Shown: positions 6,916-14,330 of the stretch, one piece after another
How positions within the stretch are numbered: the first letter of the stretch is position 1
How the letters are laid out: every line of letters begins with the position of its first letter
Origin: Nitrososphaera sp.
GTDB taxonomy: Archaea; Thermoproteota; Nitrososphaeria; Nitrososphaerales; Nitrososphaeraceae
Assembly: GCA_036381375.1 (NCBI GenBank)
Contig: DASVCY010000226.1
Location: forward strand, 1 to 15,630
Direction: 5' to 3'
DNA length: 15,630 nucleotides
Made by a program: the position numbers and the translations under genes
The notes under the pieces: model-generated
Databases searched by the model: none
The model's input: the letters and a program-made list of their open reading frames with translations, nothing else
What the model was told of the DNA's origin: nothing

Positions 6916-9441
6916 TTCAGTTTTCTAAGTAACAAAAAGACAGCAGTTCTGAAAGGCATCGAAGCTCAGAACGCCGGCTCGTGGGTTTCTGGCAACAACA
7001 CGTCTACTGTCGCAATACATGCTGCGGTGATTCCAAGCGGCAAGATATTCTACTTCGCAGGATCTGGCTACCACGCCTCGCACCAGACGGGACCTTTTGA
7101 AGCAAGAGTACTTGATCCAGTTACGGGATCAGAGTCAAATGTTTCGATGTCTGAGGATCTGTTCTGTGCCGGCCATACGGGTCTGCCAAATGGCAACATC
7201 TTGATAGCCGGCGGTACATTACGATACGACATTGCACCTGATAACTGCAACGGAAAGTGGCACGGGCTCAATGCAGCATACGAGTTCAACTGGTCTTCAG
7301 AAACGCTTACCAAAGTTGCATCTATGAGCCACGGCCGGTGGTACCCAACTTGCATAACAATACAAGACGGCAATGTCCTGGTTACGGCAGGCTATGATGA
7401 GTACGGTGACCACAACAGGCTGGTCGAAATCTATGATTCTTTTTCAAGAACATGGACAATCCGTCAGGTGCCAAGCGGCGGTAGCTCGTATACGGTAGGT
7501 AATTCGTCGGCAGGCACATGCGAGGGGGCAGGCGAGCAGACGTACAGTGGTGCCTCACCGAACCTTTTTCTTTACCCTCGTATGCACCTGATGCCTTCTG
7601 GAAACATTGTTGTCGCGGGGATGCTGGACGACATTCGGCTGTGGAACCGCTCGACTGGTGCGTTCTCTACACTTGGACTCAGCTCACCATTCTACAGACA
7701 CTATGGGACTAGTGTCCTCCTTCCACTTGAAAATACTTCTTCTGAAAATGGCAAAATCCTGATAGTCGGAGGCTCTCCGGGCTCTGCAGAGCCGGCCACC
7801 ACCGAGTGCCAAATTCTGGATTTTAACACGGGCAATCCTTCGATAAGAACTGTTGATTCGCTGCAATATGGGCGGAAATATCTGGCTCCTGTCATTCTTC
7901 CAGACGGCAAAGTAGTTGTCTTTGGTGGCGCGGCTCGGGGCAACAGCAACCACCGCCTTGTTCCTGAAATGTTTGATCCAGACACTGAAAGCTGGACGAG
8001 CCTGTCGGCAGCCAACGTGCCGCGCGTGTACCATCAGGTATCGTTGCTCTTGCCTGACGGCAGCGTGTGGACTGCCGGAAGCACGCCTACCAGAAGCAAC
8101 TGGGAGCTGAGAACCGAGTTCTTTAGGCCAAGCTACTTCAGTTCTACGCGGCCTACTATCTCTGGACCGCCGGAAGTGGGAGGCTATGGCAATTCTATTA
8201 CGATACCAACGCCAAACGCTTCGAGTATAACACGCGCCACTCTGATAAGACTGCCTAACACGACACACCACTATGACGCCAACATGAGGTGCGTAATGCT
8301 TGACGTTCAAAGCAGGACTTCAAACAGCGTTACGGTAGAAGCACCGCTCAACGCTAACCTCGCACCGCCCGGCTATTATTACATACATATTCTGAATGAC
8401 ACTGGCGTACCATCAACTGCGCGCATTATCCGGATACCCGGGTCTGGTACTGGAGGTGGCGGAAATGGCGGAGGCACTGGCGAGATATTCTACAATGTAC
8501 CCTTTCCCGGCGACGACGTGGGTCCACTCTCTGGCACAGGCAACACACGGTACGGCGAAGAGGCCAGAAACTCTTCATCTATCCTCGTGGGCAAGTCGCT
8601 GGCCAGCTGGAGTCTACACATGAGGAGGGTCGGAACAACTTCGGGCTTGTTAAGGGCGGTTGTTAGAAGAAGCTCTGATGATTCTATTGTAGCGACTTTT
8701 AACGAGACAGTGGACGCATCCACACTTCCAACCTCCTTTGCCGAACGAAGATTTACACTACGTACCCCCTATGTCATACAGGCCGGAGACCGAATCCTGA
8801 TAGAGTTCAGTGGGTCTGGCAGGGTTGAGCTTTCTGTTTGGACGACAGACCAAATAGATGGCTCCAACACGCGCAGAGTACGATTTGATGGCACATCTTA
8901 TGCAACTGCGAGCACCCACGACGTGGTGGGAATCATGAGCAGCGGAGGCAGCACGGGTGGTGGTGGTAACGGTGGCAGCGGCACCGTGTTTTATGAAGTA
9001 CCGAGCCCCGGAGGCGCGAACGGTCCAATTTATGCTGGTGCAAACACCAGGTATGGCGAAGAAATCAGAGCTTCTTCTGTTTTGATTGGAGAGTCGCTCA
9101 GAACGTGGACGGTACGCCTTAGGCGGTCAGGTTCGGCGTCAGGGACGGTAAGGGCAGTTGTAAGGAACTCTGCAGACGCGGTTGTTGCGAGCTTTAACGA
9201 AATCTTCGATGCATCCACACTTCCGACTTCGTATTCTGACAGAACATTCACCCTAAATGCGCCACACATGATCCGTGCAGGTGACAAGATTCTCATAGAA
9301 TACAGCGGCCCGGCTAGGGTAGAGGTGGAAGCCACGACAGCTGACGCAATTGATGGCAGTAACACGCGCAGAACACGATACGATGGAGTTGACTACATTG
9401 GTGGCAACAACGTCGACATTGTCGGTACGATGTCAGACTAG
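6838..9441 (+). CDS. Tat-exported galactose oxidase/glyoxal oxidase-like copper-radical oxidase: kelch-type propeller, DUF1929-like Ig domain, and two tandem C-terminal domains of unknown function
   Basis: Twin-arginine consensus TRREFLK at residues 4-10. Motifs EDLFCAGH (C110), GRWYPT (Y169), PRVYHQVSLLLPDG (Y398/H399) and NTTHHYD (H477/H478) follow the order and spacing of the galactose oxidase Cu ligands. APPGYYYIHILN is typical of the C-terminal Ig-like domain. Confidence 0.9.
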   Translation: MTVTRREFLKLMGASAGALILGSIAGFSFLSNKKTAVLKGIEAQNAGSWVSGNNTSTVAIHAAVIPSGKIFYFAGSGYHASHQTGPFEARVLDPVTGSESNVSMSEDLFCAGHTGLPNGNILIAGGTLRYDIAPDNCNGKWHGLNAAYEFNWSSETLTKVASMSHGRWYPTCITIQDGNVLVTAGYDEYGDHNRLVEIYDSFSRTWTIRQVPSGGSSYTVGNSSAGTCEGAGEQTYSGASPNLFLYPRMHLMPSGNIVVAGMLDDIRLWNRSTGAFSTLGLSSPFYRHYGTSVLLPLENTSSENGKILIVGGSPGSAEPATTECQILDFNTGNPSIRTVDSLQYGRKYLAPVILPDGKVVVFGGAARGNSNHRLVPEMFDPDTESWTSLSAANVPRVYHQVSLLLPDGSVWTAGSTPTRSNWELRTEFFRPSYFSSTRPTISGPPEVGGYGNSITIPTPNASSITRATLIRLPNTTHHYDANMRCVMLDVQSRTSNSVTVEAPLNANLAPPGYYYIHILNDTGVPSTARIIRIPGSGTGGGGNGGGTGEIFYNVPFPGDDVGPLSGTGNTRYGEEARNSSSILVGKSLASWSLHMRRVGTTSGLLRAVVRRSSDDSIVATFNETVDASTLPTSFAERRFTLRTPYVIQAGDRILIEFSGSGRVELSVWTTDQIDGSNTRRVRFDGTSYATASTHDVVGIMSSGGSTGGGGNGGSGTVFYEVPSPGGANGPIYAGANTRYGEEIRASSVLIGESLRTWTVRLRRSGSASGTVRAVVRNSADAVVASFNEIFDASTLPTSYSDRTFTLNAPHMIRAGDKILIEYSGPARVEVEATTADAIDGSNTRRTRYDGVDYIGGNNVDIVGTMSD
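8485..9438 (+). repeat. In-frame tandem duplication of a ~150-aa domain (copy 1 about 8485-8940, copy 2 8986-9438), each preceded by a GGGGNGG-type glycine linker
   Basis: Copies align end to end with an offset of 167 aa at the start and 165 aa from the DASTLPTS block on, about 55% identical by eye. Shared blocks are NTRYGEE, RAVVR, FNE..DASTLPTS, AGD.ILIE.SG and IDGSNTRR. The identical 14-mer GCATCCACACTTCC occurs at 8716-8729 and 9211-9224. Confidence 0.85.
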
Positions 9442-9449
9442 TAATTATT

Positions 9450-9764
9450 CTACCAGCCATCAAACACGTTGAGGGCTGACTTGCCTTTTTCAGTTATCGT
9501 AAAAGAGATCCTGGGTATCTGGCGCTCGTCTCGGGTTATGCGTTCGACGATCATGCCACAGTGGACAAGCTTGTTTATCACCTTTGAGGCATCGCGGTAG
9601 TTGCCGTACCTTTTTCTCGCTAGCTTGTTGAGAGTTGCGCCGGCGGGGTCATCTGCCATCCTGAGCACGTAAAGTACGCTGTCGATTGTTATCCGTTTCC
9701 CTCGGGAAGAAGATAAAGACGGCCTGTCGACCTTGGCGGAGGATCCGCCAGAATCAAGCGTCAT
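9450..9764 (-). CDS. Small winged-helix DNA-binding protein (putative transcriptional regulator)
   Basis: 104 aa. ...VLYVLRMADDPAGATLNKLARKRYGNYRDASKVINKLVHCGMIVERITRDER...FTITEKGK has the helix-turn-helix plus wing layout. A minus-strand TATA-like AAAAATATATGG lies about 20-28 nt upstream of the ATG. Confidence 0.7.
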   Translation of the reverse strand: MTLDSGGSSAKVDRPSLSSSRGKRITIDSVLYVLRMADDPAGATLNKLARKRYGNYRDASKVINKLVHCGMIVERITRDERQIPRISFTITEKGKSALNVFDGW

Positions 9765-9915
9765 TATTGTGCGGCTTCCATATATTTTTCATAATAAGTG
9801 TTATGTGAAATAATTCTGTAAATTGAATACATTTTCATTGAATCTTAACTAATATCTTACTTACTCTATCCTTCTCTAGAATACATAATAACGAGAAATC
9901 GAATATTTACATTCA

Positions 9916-11265
9916 ATGGACAAGATGCGTGCGACAGTTTTTTCTGTAATCGCTATTGCGATTGTGGTGGGCGCTTCCATCTCGCTGAATTACATGGGCC
10001 TAAACAATGGTACTTTTCCCACACAACCTGCGAATAGCACCGGTGTAGCACCTGTCCAAGACAATGGCAATAACAACAACATCAGTAGTAGTAATGTCAG
10101 CATCAGTAATAGCAGTGCTGAGGACGCGTTCACGGTTCTGCCTGAAGAGGACCTGCCAACGATCTCAGACTCAGGGCTAAAGGTCGAAAAAGTCATCGAA
10201 GGGTTGGACCTACCTACTAGTATGAGGTTTATCGGTCGTGACGACATTTTGATCCTTGAAAAGGAAAGTGGCAGGGTGCGCCTTGTATCAAACGGCGAGC
10301 TGCAGGAAGAACCATTACTCGAGGTCGCTGTTGAAAGCGAAAGCGAGCGCGGACTTCTTGGTATCGATGTGCAAGACAATGGGGATGGGACAAAGACTGT
10401 TTTCCTATACTGCACCCAAGCTTCGGGCGACGAAGTAAGAAACAGAGTCTACAAGTATACTCTGGACGATTCAGGCGACCTCAGAGGAGAAACACTCCTG
10501 CTCGATCTGCCTGGAGAACCAGGACCCAACCATGACGGAGGCAAGTTGACGATTGGGCCTGATGGCATGCTATATGTGGTTATTGGCGACCTTAACAGAA
10601 ACGGGCTCCTCCAGAACTACGAGGGTGGTGAAGGGCCAGATGACACATCTGTCATCCTGAGGGTTGACGGCAATGGCAATGCCGCTGCTGATGGCCCGTT
10701 GCCCGGAGAGTTGGCGAAATATTACGCGTATGGAGTTCGAAACAGCTTTGGACTTGACTTTGATCCGCTAACAGGCGTCCTATGGGACACAGAAAATGGG
10801 CCCACGGGCTTTGATGAGATAAACGTGGTTAATCCTGGTCTTAACAGCGGATGGGAACAGATAATGGGACCGATTGAAAGAAGTGGAAATAGTATTGATG
10901 ACCTAGTTCAACTCGAAGGATCGCACTATGCCGACCCTGTATTTAGCTGGAGTGAAGCACACGGTATTACCGATATCGAATTCTTGAATTCTACAAAGCT
11001 TGGAGAGGAATACGCGTACAACATCTTTGTAGGTGACTTTAACAACGGAAACCTATACTTCTTTACGGTCAACGAAACTAGGAATGGTCTTGAACTTGGT
11101 GGCGACGGCCTCGAAGACTTGGTGGCAGACGACAGCGCGGAAGTGGAGGAAGTCACCTTTGGTACAGGATTTGGTGCCATAAGCGACATTGAAACCGGGC
11201 CGGATGGCTACCTGTACATACTTACATACACCGGCGACTTGTATCGCATAGTGCCTGCTGGCTAG
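9916..11265 (+). CDS. Glucose/sorbosone dehydrogenase-type (PQQ-dependent sugar dehydrogenase family) beta-propeller protein with an N-terminal membrane anchor and an Asn/Ser-rich stalk
   Basis: N-terminal helix VFSVIAIAIVVGASISL. Low-complexity NGNNNNISSSNVSISNSS. GSDH-family blocks ERGLLGID, NHDGGKLTIGPDGMLYVVIGD, ILRVDGNG, YAYGVRNSFGLDFDP and FDEINVV..GLNSGW. Confidence 0.85.
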   Translation: MDKMRATVFSVIAIAIVVGASISLNYMGLNNGTFPTQPANSTGVAPVQDNGNNNNISSSNVSISNSSAEDAFTVLPEEDLPTISDSGLKVEKVIEGLDLPTSMRFIGRDDILILEKESGRVRLVSNGELQEEPLLEVAVESESERGLLGIDVQDNGDGTKTVFLYCTQASGDEVRNRVYKYTLDDSGDLRGETLLLDLPGEPGPNHDGGKLTIGPDGMLYVVIGDLNRNGLLQNYEGGEGPDDTSVILRVDGNGNAAADGPLPGELAKYYAYGVRNSFGLDFDPLTGVLWDTENGPTGFDEINVVNPGLNSGWEQIMGPIERSGNSIDDLVQLEGSHYADPVFSWSEAHGITDIEFLNSTKLGEEYAYNIFVGDFNNGNLYFFTVNETRNGLELGGDGLEDLVADDSAEVEEVTFGTGFGAISDIETGPDGYLYILTYTGDLYRIVPAG

Positions 11266-11299
11266 GTTTCTTGGCTCCGTTGACGTGGCCATCATTCTC

Positions 11300-11905
11300 T
11301 AGCCAAAAAAGGCATGAGCCTGTTCTCCACTCATGCCGCCTGTCGCAATCCTGATTTTCTGCATTGAAAATGGTGCTCATAGCATTCATTCTGTCTTTTC
11401 CTTGGATGTGAGCTGGATAAATCAATGCATCAAATTATTCAGTTCAGAACCATATACACATAATGGTGTATGCGGAGCCGCCTGCAAGCATCGTTGTCTA
11501 CCCCTGAGCGCAGTCTGTGAATATTGGCATCCTGCCATGTCTCCTCTGCAGCTGCTTGAAAAAAGTTAGCATACATACGAAAATCGTCCTCTCGTGAAAT
11601 ACAGGTGCATGATCAAGATTGTGTCTATCGCCGGTTCATATGAAATCCACAGCAAGTAGTCAATGCCGTCTATCTGGAGCAATGTTTTAGTCAACAAAAA
11701 TATCATCTGACCAGTCGCATGTTTCCTGAACCGATCTGCACAATCTGCGCATTTCTGCATTCATTTGCATATTGCAGCGTGACTCCTCCTGATTCGCGAC
11801 GATGACTTGTGGCTGCTAGCCTAGAGCTCCTAGGATTGAAATACAAGTACAGTGCACATCTGATCATATCCGGGTCTATCGCGTCTTTCTTGTCATATGA
11901 CAATG
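11300..11905 (-). pseudogene. Heavily degraded DDE transposase, archaeal IS6-like (IS remnant)
   Basis: Minus-strand blocks in at least four different frames. They are TKTLLQIDGIDYLLWISYEPAIDTILIMHLYFTRG (11587-11691), FFKQLQRRHGRMPIFTDCAQG (11501-11563), VDNDACRRLRIHHYVY (about 11454-11501) and IQGKDRMNAMSTIF (11366-11407). These recall the DETxxxxxGxxxYLWxAxD / TDGxxxY / KDRT blocks of IS6-type transposases. Confidence 0.4.
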
Positions 11906-11954
11906 AAATGCCCGGACAGTCCTGGCTATACGATGCTAACCGACGAGTTTTCCT

Positions 11955-14213
11955 CTACAAACTCCTCTTCTTTCTTAGTGTTAAAGTGGCCACCGTGATC
12001 GTCGCTGCGAAGGCAGCAGCGATAGTAATGGTTGCAGCCTGAAACTCAGGTGTGACAGCCGTTGCTGTCGCGCCATTGATGGATAATCTCAGGCGGTTGT
12101 CTGCAAGGGCCGATGCGACGTTGATCGTTATTGAGGTAAAGTTGGTGTTTGAGTTGTCTGTCGTAAAGTCTATGTTGCTTCCACCTTGGCCTTCTGTTGC
12201 CACAGTCGTGACGTCATCAATGAAAGCCCTTGGGATTCTTGCTGTCAATGTGGCATCGGCTGCAACGGTTCCGTTGACGCTCGCGTCTATGATAACTTGG
12301 TTCTTTGCTTCATCTACGCTAACTTCTGCTACGTTGACTGCGGCAGGCCCTTCTATAGAAATGGGGAATAGCATCTGTTCCATCTCGCCGATTGAATCAA
12401 GTGTGTATATCTGGTATCCTCCATAGTAGATCTTGCCGTCAGGCGATTGGGCTATGCCTACTGTCGGGACAAAGGGAAAGTGATCAAGATCGATCTTTAT
12501 CTCTTGCACTACCCTCTTGTTATCTTCGCTCAGCCTCAGGGCGTAAATGTCGCCCGTAAAAGTGCCGAAGAGGAACATGCCCTTCAGTTCCGGCACTGTA
12601 TCGCCCGTGTAATAGATCATGTTGGTCGGCGCTATGGTGTCCCAGTAGCTGCGGATTGGTTTGATCGATGCGTCATCGCCGCGCTCTGGAGGGAGGTTGG
12701 GGGGCTGCAACGTTGGGAATCCATAGTTGCCACCCTTTTCAATGATGTTTATCTCGTCGTATCTAAAGTCGCCGTTTTCTGTGACAAGGCCCGTTCCGGA
12801 GCTGCTATCAAATGCAATACCGTACATGTTTCGGTGTCCGATCGTATACACCGGCAAGTCTGGATATGGGTTGTCCTCAGGAATTGTGCCGTCCTTGTTT
12901 ATTCGCAGCACTTTTCCGATCTCTATGGACGGATCCTGCGCAAAGATGTGTTCTGTCGCATCCCCTACAGTGACGTACAATTTGCCATCAGGACCAAAGG
13001 CCATCGCGCCACCGGAGTGAAAGCCCCGTGACGCCGGGATGTTGTCCATTAACACCTTCATGTCTGTACCTGCATTGTTAACGTCGGTGAACCTGAGAAC
13101 CCTGTTCACCACCTTACTCTTTTCGCTATTTTCAGTATTGACCAGGGCGCTATAGTATACGTAGACATAGTGGTTGTTTTCAAAGTCCGGATCAATTGCA
13201 ATACCAAGCATGCCTTGTTCCCAGCTTACATAGACGTCTTGCACCTGTACAAACGGGTCGTCAAGGACTTTATGATCGGGAGTCATTATCCTTATAGCAC
13301 CAGTATTTTTTTCAGTGAAAAATAGCCTGCCGTCTGGGGCAAACGCCATGCTTCCAAGCATCGTGGTGCTGGTGCCGCCATTCCTTCCAAGCGCGTCTTC
13401 AGTGTTGCCGTCGAACTTCAAATGCAACACCAGACCTGAAGAGACATCTTCCGTCCTGCCAAGCTGCGCAACTTCTTCTGCAGTCAGGGTTCTGTTGTAC
13501 ATGCGCAAGTCATCCAGGACACCCGACCACCTGTTGCATGACGAGCAATATGCAGCAGAGCCCACACGCAGGGGCACTCCCGGCTCTGCCATATAGGTTC
13601 CAGTAAACTCTCTCTCGCCTACAAGAGTTCCGTTCTCATAGATCCTTAGCATCTGGCCGTCAAAAGTTCCAGTGATGTGGACCATGGCGTCACGGGAAAG
13701 CATGATGTCTGCGGGCGAAAAAAGCGTCCCATTTGAATTGAAAATGCCAAACCGTAGAACCGACGCCGCAGTGCCGCCAGGCCCGCTTGTGCTAAAGGTG
13801 TCAAACTGCCAGCCTGCAGTCTGCGCCCTGTTGCTGTGGGAAACGACGTGCCCGTACGGCTCGATCACAGTAGGTTTGAGCCAGAATGAAATAGAAAATT
13901 GTGTTGGGTTAAGCTCTGGCGTGTTCATAACTTCTATCGATTCCCTGTATTGCCCTCGCATTTCGACTGCCTGACCGATCTTGCCTTCTACAAAGACAGT
14001 GTCCTCTGTCGTGAGTGGGTGTATCAGTGTGGAGTTGCCCGTTGCTTCATAGGCTTCTATTTCATTCAGGAGGGGGTCGCAATGGGTTGAGTCGCCGTAA
14101 TGCTGGCATCCAAAGAGCTGCGTCGATAATTGCTGCTGGCCAAATGCGAGCGAGAACGGTGCGGCGAGGATCAGACTCGCGGCTAGCACCAGGGAAATTG
14201 AACTATAATTCAC
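11955..14213 (-). CDS. Secreted LamG (concanavalin-A-like) domain fused to a glucose/sorbosone dehydrogenase-type beta-propeller, an Ig-like region and a PEF-type C-terminal anchor
   Basis: Signal peptide ...APFSLAFG|QQ. LamG-like FSISFWLKP...GWQF...HITGTFDGQMLRIYENGTLVGE...VLDDLRMYNRTLTAEEVAQL (about aa 75-255). GSDH blocks MLGIAIDP, FHSGGAMAFGPDGKLYVTVGD, VLRINKDG, YTIGHRNMYGIAFD and YDEINIIEKGGNYGFP. C-terminus TPEFQAATITIAAAFAATITVATLTLRKKRSL. Confidence 0.9.
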   Translation of the reverse strand: MNYSSISLVLAASLILAAPFSLAFGQQQLSTQLFGCQHYGDSTHCDPLLNEIEAYEATGNSTLIHPLTTEDTVFVEGKIGQAVEMRGQYRESIEVMNTPELNPTQFSISFWLKPTVIEPYGHVVSHSNRAQTAGWQFDTFSTSGPGGTAASVLRFGIFNSNGTLFSPADIMLSRDAMVHITGTFDGQMLRIYENGTLVGEREFTGTYMAEPGVPLRVGSAAYCSSCNRWSGVLDDLRMYNRTLTAEEVAQLGRTEDVSSGLVLHLKFDGNTEDALGRNGGTSTTMLGSMAFAPDGRLFFTEKNTGAIRIMTPDHKVLDDPFVQVQDVYVSWEQGMLGIAIDPDFENNHYVYVYYSALVNTENSEKSKVVNRVLRFTDVNNAGTDMKVLMDNIPASRGFHSGGAMAFGPDGKLYVTVGDATEHIFAQDPSIEIGKVLRINKDGTIPEDNPYPDLPVYTIGHRNMYGIAFDSSSGTGLVTENGDFRYDEINIIEKGGNYGFPTLQPPNLPPERGDDASIKPIRSYWDTIAPTNMIYYTGDTVPELKGMFLFGTFTGDIYALRLSEDNKRVVQEIKIDLDHFPFVPTVGIAQSPDGKIYYGGYQIYTLDSIGEMEQMLFPISIEGPAAVNVAEVSVDEAKNQVIIDASVNGTVAADATLTARIPRAFIDDVTTVATEGQGGSNIDFTTDNSNTNFTSITINVASALADNRLRLSINGATATAVTPEFQAATITIAAAFAATITVATLTLRKKRSL
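11958..12050 (-). other. PEF-CTERM-like tripartite sorting signal (PEF codons 12042-12050; P722-E723-F724)
   Basis: PEF, a hydrophobic helix and RKKRS at the extreme C-terminus. The architecture is the same as at 2645-2743. Confidence 0.65.
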
Positions 14214-14228
14214 GGTAATAAGGATAGT

Positions 14229-14240
14229 TAAAAATTATTT
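14229..14240 (-). promoter_or_regulatory. TATA-like element (minus strand AAATAATTTTTA) upstream of the LamG-GSDH gene
   Basis: Centred about 22 nt upstream of the GTG start at 14213. Confidence 0.3.
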
Positions 14241-14330
14241 AACGGTTAATGCAGTATCTCCACTTGTTCGGAATGGATAAGCTGATTCGTAGGCCTGCAC
14301 TAGCGAACAATGTTATTAAATGAAATTCTG

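Noticed and set aside
7684-8310. 208-aa ORF, with the nested 7701..8015 ORF, antisense to the oxidase gene
   Set aside because: It is Arg/Ser/Ala-rich and not protein-like, and lies entirely inside a gene with strong family motifs on the other strand. This is the usual antisense open frame in GC-richer coding DNA.
8446-8985. GGTGG/GGCGG-rich stretches (8446-8481, 8941-8985) as a possible nucleotide microsatellite or G-quadruplex
   Set aside because: They are in frame and encode Gly/Asn interdomain linkers of the oxidase. The runs are short and interrupted.
11890-11903. Perfect 14-bp palindrome TTGTCATATGACAA at the upstream end of the IS6-like remnant
   Set aside because: It occurs once, with no matching partner at the other end of the remnant, so it is not supportable as a terminal inverted repeat or operator.
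12447-13031. 194-aa plus-strand ORF, with other plus-strand ORFs from 12052 to 14218, inside the LamG-GSDH gene
   Set aside because: The opposite strand encodes a continuous 752-aa protein with clear domain motifs. These ORFs have no recognisable features.
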